64,000 nt of DNA, taken from positions 233,864,001-233,928,000 of the forward strand of contig OZ024741.1 of NCBI GenBank assembly GCA_964016885.1, written 5' to 3'. Both the position numbers and the translations under genes were made by a program. Within the stretch, counting starts at the first letter, position 1. The number at the start of each line of letters is the position of its first letter. Below the pieces are notes generated by a model. The model saw nothing but the letters and a program-made list of their open reading frames with translations, ran no database searches and was not told where the DNA came from. The stretch comes from Eledone cirrhosa. Lineage: Eukaryota. Shown one piece after another: positions 53,015 through 64,000 of this stretch.

Positions 53015-55264
53015 TTTGAAAAACCGAAAATAATTAACATTTCAAATACAAACCTCTCAGCCCAACAAGTAAAAATTCTCTCCAAAGGTCTGAAATTCAC
53101 ACCAACACCACAATATCCTAACCCCAACGAGATAAATGACGATATCTCACACTTCTGTAGAAAATTACGTCTCACAGAGGAATTCTTTGACAAGGAGAAT
53201 AACGACGAATCAATTGTACGGAATAATAGCAGCTACAACCCAACAAAAGGTAGAAACAGAATTCTGGACAAATTTTGTGACCACATAGCTACCTTCCCAT
53301 ACCATGAACTACCGCAACCTAAACCCAAACCCAACACAAGTCGAAGGGAATGGGAGATTATCCATGAACTAAAAAATAATCCGGACATTGTAATTAAGGA
53401 AGCGGACAAGGGAAGTACTGTTGTCATTATGGAGGCTGAAAAATATAAAAATTCTATGTTCTCTCTCTTACAAAATACTAATTACTATGAAAGAGTAAAA
53501 AACTACCAGCAATCAAAAATAATGACCAAATTAAACACACTGATTTATCGATACCAGGAAGACCTAACTAAAAAGGAACGCGATTATTTAACAAATTTTG
53601 AATACAAAACCAGCAACCTTTACGGACTTCCGAAGATCCACAAATGTAAAATAATCAACGATACCTGTAAACAATCCACCTCAGCCTGCGTGAACACACA
53701 ATACCCCACAGACCTTAAATTAAGACCAATTGTAGCGGGCCCACAATGTGAAACACACAGATTGAGCAACTTTATAGACATACTACTGAAACCAATACTG
53801 AAACACATACCAAGCCTTGTAAGAGACGATCTGGACCTCTTAAACCACCTCCCCAAACATGTCAACAACGACACTATTATTGTGTCTTTCGATGTAGTGA
53901 ATCTCTACACAACGATCCCACACCAATACGGACTAGAAGCAATAGGATTCTGGCTAGAGAAATATCCCAATGAGATACCTGACAGAATAGAAAAAAGCTT
54001 CATCACCGAGGGATTAAAATTCATCCTACAGAACAACTTTTTTGATTTCGATGGCAATACTTACAAGCAAATATCGGGGACTGCGATGGGCACAAAAGCC
54101 GCTCCAACTTATGCCAACTTAGTCATGGCATACTTAGAAGTCCAGATATATGAACAGTCCAAATCAAAATACGGATTGAACTTCCACAAATATTTATCAG
54201 AGAATTGGAAACGCTACTTGTATGATTGCCTCATTCTTTGGTCCCACACACTCGACCAACTGAAGGATTTCAAAAACTTAATAAACAGCATCAATAACCA
54301 CATCCAATTCACAATGGATTACAGCCAAGATCAACTCCCATTTCTGGACATCTTAATCACAAAAAAAGACACAAATATCGAAACTGACATACACTACAAA
54401 CCAACAGATTCCAAACAATATCTGCTATTCACCTCCAACCATCCAAAGCACACGAAGACGAACATTCCTTTTAACCTAGCAAGAAGAATTTGCACAATTG
54501 TCTCCAATTATGAAACGCGAAATAAAAGACTTCAAGAATTAAAGGAAATTCTACTTGAGAGAGAGTACCCACTATTACTAATAAATAATGGAATAGAAAG
54601 GGCTAGAGCAATAGGCATTGATGAATTACGGAAACAGAAACAAATTCAAGGTACGTCCAATATTCTATCATATATCTCAACACACAACCCAAGAAATGCG
54701 GAAGCTTACAACACTATTCACAATAACATTCCACTACTAAAACAAAACCCAAGAATGAAAAAAGCCCTTGAAACACACAAAATAATCAAAAGCAAAAGAC
54801 AACCAAAATCACTGAAAACATTACTCACCAATGCCAAATTACCTACCACAAACCCACAACCAAGTATCAAAAAATGTGGTCGCTCTAATTGTGGAACCTG
54901 CACTCACCTCATTGAAGGCAACACGTATACATTTAAATCAGGACAAAATTTTACTGTAAAAAATCACTTCACTTGCTCATCAAAAAATCTAATTTATGCC
55001 ATTAAATGTAAAGGATGCAATGAAGATTATATAGGACAAACTAAACTCACACTCAGAATGACAGTTCATCGCCAACAATTACGAGATCCAACCACGAGAC
55101 AGATACCACTAAGTGCACATCTAGACATTTGCGCAAGTAATAAGACACCCAAATTCCAAGTCTTCCCATTTTACCTTTGCGCTAACAATACAACAGAACA
55201 AATGCAAATAAATAAGGAAAATATGTTTATTCAAAAATATAGACCAACATTAAATAAGGTTTAA
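53015..55264 (+). pseudogene. Penelope-like RT + GIY-YIG frame, probably RT-dead
   Basis: Frame runs upstream of ATG 53429 (IINISNTNL..LSKGLKFTPTP, ADKG); LPKIHK, RPIV, SFDVVNLYT, GTAMG; RYLYD in place of RYxDD; C-x4-C-x2-C linker; LIY..C..C..YIGQT. Confidence 0.9.
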
Positions 55265-55426
55265 TATACATTATGTCAACACCACAATATGACATACACA
55301 CACACACATAAACACCTTCTACTTTAGAAAATAAAACCCGAACTAAATAAACCTTAACATACGTTTGCACTGGCAATACAACAGCAAACACGAAAAAGTC
55401 AGGAAAATATGTTCATTCAAAAATAT

Positions 55427-55462
55427 TCCTACTAAAGGAATCACTTTCCTACACACACACAC

Positions 55463-55539
<77 letters not shown>

Positions 55540-56095
55540 TCTTCATCTTAACATGCTAACCATACTCCCACACACATAACACCCATACACACACATAACA
55601 ACCCCCACACCTACAACACCCTCCCCATTTCTACTAATAGAACCACTTTCCTACACACATATATATACACACACACAAAATATATATTCTCTCCATCTTA
55701 ACATACTCGCACACACACACATAACACCCATATACACACACACACAACTCCCTCCCCCATCTCTACTAATAGAATCATCTTCCTACTAAAGGAATCACTT
55801 TCCCACACACACACATACACACACACACAATATATATATATATATATTCTCTTCATCTTAACATGCCAACCATACTTCCACACACATAACACCCATACAC
55901 ACACATAACAACCCCCACACCTACAACTCCCTCCCCATTTCTACTAATAGAACCACTTTCCTACACACATATATATATACACACACACAAAATACATATT
56001 CTCTCCATCTTAACATACTCGCACACACACACATAACACCCATATACACACACACACAACTCCCTCCCCCATCTCTACTAATAGAATCATCTTCC
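55427..56095 (+). repeat. Tandem duplication (~310-350-bp units) with CTACTAATAGAA sub-repeats in the PLE 3' region
   Basis: 55427-55780 repeated at 55781-56095. Confidence 0.85.
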
Positions 56096-56641
56096 AATAC
56101 ACACATACACACACACACATATACACACACACAAGCACACAAATAAACACTTATCTTCAGTCTCAATAGAAAATCTGAACTCTGACACCTGAACTCCGAC
56201 AGCTGGCCATATTCACTGAACCAGAACATTTCTCCCAATCCCTTTTCCACTATCTCTCCATTGTCATAACATTCACTATAAAGACTACAGAATAGTTTTC
56301 CAAATAAGGGCGCAAAAATGTAATGAAAACTTGTTCATGTGACAGCCAAATTTCATTTATAACCAAAAAAAAGCCTTCCTGAGCCTCATTTTTTCAAGTA
56401 AAAAGAAATTCAAACACTCATATATGAAAAAACAACCTGTGACACCCGCCCCCCGCCTCCCTCTCTTATTTGAAGAACTATTGTAACGCGAACTGGCGCG
56501 AAATTTATTATAATTATTGACAAACCAATCAAATTACTTCTCGAAAAAACTGGCTTTCGAGCCACTTTTTCCATATAAAACAAGTAACATTTAGAGACCA
56601 ACCAGATGTGAGAAAACCCACAGACCCTCCATCTCAACTCA

Positions 56642-56679
56642 CCTTTTGAAAAGCAGAAGAACTGCGAAACCGGTAAAGG
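56642..56679 (+). ncRNA. Minimal type I hammerhead, U3-A8 variant
   Basis: CCTT-TTGAAAA-GCAG(aagaa)CTGC-GAAAC-CG-GTA-AAGG; AATAAA at 56685. Confidence 0.82.
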
Positions 56680-56810
56680 AACCAAATAAATATATATATT
56701 TTTTAAAAAAATAAGACTTCAGTTGCATTTTCGATTTCATCCCTTTTTCTTTATACTTCCACTCGTGTAGGACACCTCGGTTATTTTTCATTTTGTAAAA
56801 AAACCCTCAC

Positions 56811-56871
<61 letters not shown>

Positions 56872-57002
56872 AAGTTATATTTAAAATTGTTGGGTTACAA
56901 CTAGTAAATATTTATAACTGATATAAAAGCACTCGACAAATACTTGGAGTATATTTACAATATTAAATAAATGGAAAACTATATTTATAAAACCATATTT
57001 AT

Positions 57003-57062
57003 TTCATTATATATATTTCGGGGATATCATATTAACAATATGCTATGCCTTCATCAGACAAA
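57003..57062 (-). ncRNA. Orphan hammerhead in a 270-bp island (56868-57137)
   Basis: TTTGT-CTGATGA-stem II with CATATT(gtt)AATATG-GAAAT-ATAT-ATA-ATGAA, followed by AATAAA. Confidence 0.65.
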
Positions 57063-57137
57063 ATACAATATAAACAGTTTTATAGATAAATATATTCGAC
57101 ATACCGTAATAAACATCAACTTCATTTGAAGAGGTTC

Positions 57138-57235
57138 ATATATATATATGTATATATATATATACATATATATATATACTTATACATATATATATATACA
57201 TATATATATACATATATATATACATATATATATAC

Positions 57236-57282
<47 letters not shown>

Positions 57283-57333
57283 CATATATATATACATATA
57301 TATATACATATATATATATACATATATATATAC

Positions 57334-57402
<69 letters not shown>

Positions 57403-57417
57403 CATATATATATATAC

Positions 57418-57466
<49 letters not shown>

Positions 57467-57501
57467 CATATATATATATACATATATATATATACATATA
57501 C

Positions 57502-57550
<49 letters not shown>

Positions 57551-57570
57551 CATATATATATACACATATA

Positions 57571-57602
<32 letters not shown>

Positions 57603-57687
57603 CATATATATATACATATATATATATATACATATATATATATACATATATATATATACATATATATATATACATATATATATATAC

Positions 57688-57734
<47 letters not shown>

Positions 57735-57849
57735 CATATATATATATACATATATATATATACATATATATATATACATATATATATATACATATACATA
57801 TATACATATATATATATACATATATATATATACATATATATATATACAT

Positions 57850-57898
<49 letters not shown>

Positions 57899-57931
57899 CA
57901 TATACATATATACATATATATATATACATAT

Positions 57932-58012
<81 letters not shown>

Positions 58013-58080
58013 TACATATATATACATATATACACACATATATATATATATATACATATATATATACACATATATATATG

Positions 58081-58112
<32 letters not shown>

Positions 58113-58208
58113 TAAACAAATATATATATACATATATATACATATATATATATATACATATATATATACATATATATATACATATATATGTATATATATG
58201 TATGTATA

Positions 58209-58283
<75 letters not shown>

Positions 58284-58377
58284 GTATATATATGTATATA
58301 TATGTATATATATGTATATATATATATATGTGTATATATATGTATATATATATGTATATATATGTATATATATGTAG

Positions 58378-58427
<50 letters not shown>

Positions 58428-58731
58428 GTATATATGTATATATGTATATATATATATATATGTACATATATATATATATATGTGTATATATATATATATG
58501 TATATATAAATATATGTATATATATGTATATATAAGAATATATATATATACATATATATACATATATATATATATACATATATATACATATATATATATA
58601 CATTTATATACATATATATACATATATATACATATATATAGATATATAGATATATATATATACATATATATACATATATATATATACATATATATACATA
58701 TATATACATATATATATATACATATATATAC

Positions 58732-58790
<59 letters not shown>

Positions 58791-58893
58791 CATATATATA
58801 CATATATATACATATATATATATACATATATATACATATATATACATATATATATATACATATATATACATATATATATATATACATATATAC

Positions 58894-58966
<73 letters not shown>

Positions 58967-59195
58967 CATATATATACATATATATACATATATATATATA
59001 TACATATATATACATATATATACATATATATATATACATATATATACATATATATACATATATATACATATATACATATATATACATATATATACATACA
59101 TATATATACATATATATACATATATATATATATACATATATATACATATATATACATATATATATATACATATATATACATATATATACATATAT

Positions 59196-59228
<33 letters not shown>

Positions 59229-59269
59229 TATATATACATATATATACATATATATATACATATATATAC

Positions 59270-59357
<88 letters not shown>

Positions 59358-59797
59358 GTACATATATATATATATATATGTACATATATATACATATATA
59401 TACATATATATACATATATACAAATATATACATATATATACATATATATACATATATATATATACATATATATACATATACGTATATATATATACATATA
59501 TATATACATATATATACATCTATATATATACATATATATACATATATATACATACATATACATACATATATGTACATATATATACATATATATACATACA
59601 TGTACATATATATACATACATATATATACATATATATACATATATATACATATATATACATACATATATGTACATATATATACATATATATACATACATG
59701 TACATATATATACATACATATATATACATATATATACATATATATACATATATACATATATATACATATATATATACATATGTATACATATGTATAC

Positions 59798-59830
<33 letters not shown>

Positions 59831-59865
59831 CATACATATATATACATACATATACATATATATAC

Positions 59866-59898
<33 letters not shown>

Positions 59899-60293
59899 CA
59901 TATATATACATATATATATATACATATATATACATATATATATATACATATATACATACATATATATACATATATATATACATATATATATACATATATA
60001 CATACATATATATACACATATATACACATATATATACACATATATATACATATACATATATATATACATATATACATATATATATACATATATACATATA
60101 CATATATATATACATATATACATATACATATATACATATATATATACATATATACATATACAATATACATATATACATATATATACATATATATATATAT
60201 ACATATATATACATATATATATATATAATATACATATATACATATATATACATATATATACATATATATACATATATATATACATATATATAC

Positions 60294-60328
<35 letters not shown>

Positions 60329-60422
60329 CATATATATGTATATATATGTATGTATATATATGTATATATATGTATATATATATGTATATATATATATAGA
60401 TGTATATATATGTATATATATG

Positions 60423-60473
<51 letters not shown>

Positions 60474-60761
60474 GTATATATATATATATGTATATATTTG
60501 TATATATATATATATGTATATATTTGTATATATGTATATATATGTATATATATGTATATATATACACATATATATATATATATGTATATATATATATGTA
60601 TATATATATATGTATATATATATATATGTATATATATGTGTATATATGTATATATATATATATATATATATACATATATACATATATATATACATATATA
60701 TACATATATACATATATATATATATATACATATATATATACATATATATACATATATATAC

Positions 60762-60794
<33 letters not shown>

Positions 60795-61327
60795 CATATA
60801 TATACATATATATATATACATATATATATATACATATATATACATATATATACATATATATATATACATACATATATATACATATATATACATATATATA
60901 TATATTTATACATATATATATGTATATATATGTATATATATGTATATATATACACATATATATATATATATGTATATATATATATGTATATATATATATG
61001 TATATATATATATATGTATATATATGTGTATATATGTATATATATATATATATATATACATAAATACATATATATATATATACATATATATACATATATA
61101 CATATATATATATACATATATATATACATATATATACATATATATACATATATATACATATATATATATATATACATATATATATACATATATATACATA
61201 TATATACATATATATACATATATATACATATATACATATATATATATATACATATATATACATATATATATATATTTATACATATATATATATATATACA
61301 TACATATATATATATATATACATATAT
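57138..61327. repeat. 4.2-kb interrupted (TA)n satellite with inverted blocks and a local duplication
   Basis: TG-type blocks at about 58190-58530, 60340-60650 and 60920-61040. Confidence 0.97.
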
Positions 61328-61493
61328 CCACACTGTAAATGTGGTTGGTGTTAGGAAGGGCATCCAACTGTAGAAAACCTGCCAGACAGTCCTATGCGAG
61401 CAAGACAATCACTCTTGCCTCAAGTGGGAATACCCCCGTCCAAACCCATGCAAGCGTGGAACACGGACGTTAAACGTTGATGATGATGATGAT
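61328..61493 (+). mobile_element. RTE-A extreme 3' end
   Basis: Last ~165 bp of 3'UTR plus (TGA)n. Confidence 0.92.
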
Positions 61494-61510
61494 ATATACA
61501 TATATATACA

Positions 61511-61544
<34 letters not shown>

Positions 61545-61827
61545 CATATACATATATATATATACATATATATATATATATGTACATATATATACATATA
61601 TATACATATATATACATATATACAAATATATACATATATATACATATATATATATATACATATACATATATATATACATATACATATATATACATATATA
61701 TATATATACATATATATACATCTATATACATATATATATATATACATATATATACATATATATACATATATATACATACATATATATACATATATATACA
61801 TATATATACATACATATATATACATAT

Positions 61828-62859
61828 ATCATCATCATCATCATCAGGTTTAGCGTCCGTGTTCCACGATTGCATGGGTTTGGACGGGAGTTTTCCCACT
61901 TGAGGCTAGAGTGGTTGTCTTGCTCGCATAGGACTGTCTGGCGGGTTTTCTACAGTTGGATGCCCTTCCTAACACCAACCACATTTACAGTGTGGGGCTG
62001 GGAGGTTTTTACCGTGTTGCCTACACGGCCACATTACAGCGTGAACTGTCTGGCGGGTTTTCTACAGCTGGATGCCCTTCCTAACACCAAGCACATTTAC
62101 AGTGTGGGGCTGGGAGGTTTTTACCGTGTTGCCTACACGGCCACATTTACAGCGTGGACTGTGTGTTTTTTGTCGTGACACCTACACGATCTCATTTGTT
62201 TCGGCCTGGATGTTGTGGGACCAACATAACTTTACATTGAAAGGGGCGGTGTGGGTGGGGTGGAGGGTGGTGGGACGGGGGTGTGTTTTGATAGAGATGC
62301 CTACTGACTGTAGTAGGTTTTTACTTTGTATTTAGGTAAGGCGGGTCTTCTCTATTACTGAGTACCGCCAAAGGTCTCGGTCCAGTGACATTGTCTTGGA
62401 GAGGTGTAAGCGTGTGAGGTCGGAATTTATCAGCTCGTCCCATGTTTTTCTGGGTCTGCCTACTCCGTGGCTACCGTCTATCTTTATTGCCCTGCACTTT
62501 GTTATACAGCTGTCGTCTTTCATGCGCATCACGTGACCGTACCAACGTAGCCTTCTCTCGAGTAAACAACATCTGATCCCTCTTATTTCTAATTTTTTCC
62601 TTAGTTCGTTTATGCTTTGCCGTTCACGTATATTACTATTGCACATCCAGCGGAGCATGCAAGCTTCGTTCCTCTCTAGTCTGCGTATATCCTCTGCACA
62701 CAATGCCCAGGTCTCACTGCCATGCAGCATTGCTGTTCGTATGCAGGCATCGTATAACCTGCCTTTCATTTTTAGGGAGAACCCTCTAGCGGCTAATAGT
62801 GGTATAAGCTCTCTGAACTTTTTCCATCCAGTTCTGACTCTAGCTACTGTACTTTCAGA
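61828..62859 (-). mobile_element. RTE-A subfamily copy with 3'UTR duplication, 5'-truncated
   Basis: RT C-terminus 62332-62859; duplicated 3'UTR segment as in 16487-17050. Confidence 0.95.

Positions 62860-64000
<1,141 letters not shown>

Larger units (their letters stand above)
52509..56815 (+). mobile_element. Neptune-type Penelope-like element with ~500-bp inverted pseudo-LTR at its 5' break
   Basis: 52509-53014 is the reverse complement of 56252-56755; RT and GIY-YIG ORF in between. Confidence 0.93.

Overview
Repeat-only eukaryotic window with no host gene visible. The SINE and LINE families and the AT-microsatellite load resemble an octopod cephalopod (inference). About half the window is interrupted (TA)n satellite, which produces all the Tyr/Ile-repeat 'ORFs' as artefacts. 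Nested in it are at least 9 copies or fragments of one young RTE LINE family (A), 3 of a second family (B), older RTE relics, two CR1-type LINE copies, one R4/Dong-type fragment, two SINE families, a foldback element, and at least four distinct Penelope-like (RT + GIY-YIG) lineages, two with inverted pseudo-LTRs. The main unannotated signal is a set of minimal type I hammerhead ribozyme motifs from several unrelated families. Two families use the U3-A8 covariant core, most have a palindromic stem III, and several are followed directly by AATAAA. Other observations: a partial HDV-like fold over the RTE-A start codon, AT microhomology at 5' junctions, and strongly strand-biased CA/TG interruptions in the arrays.
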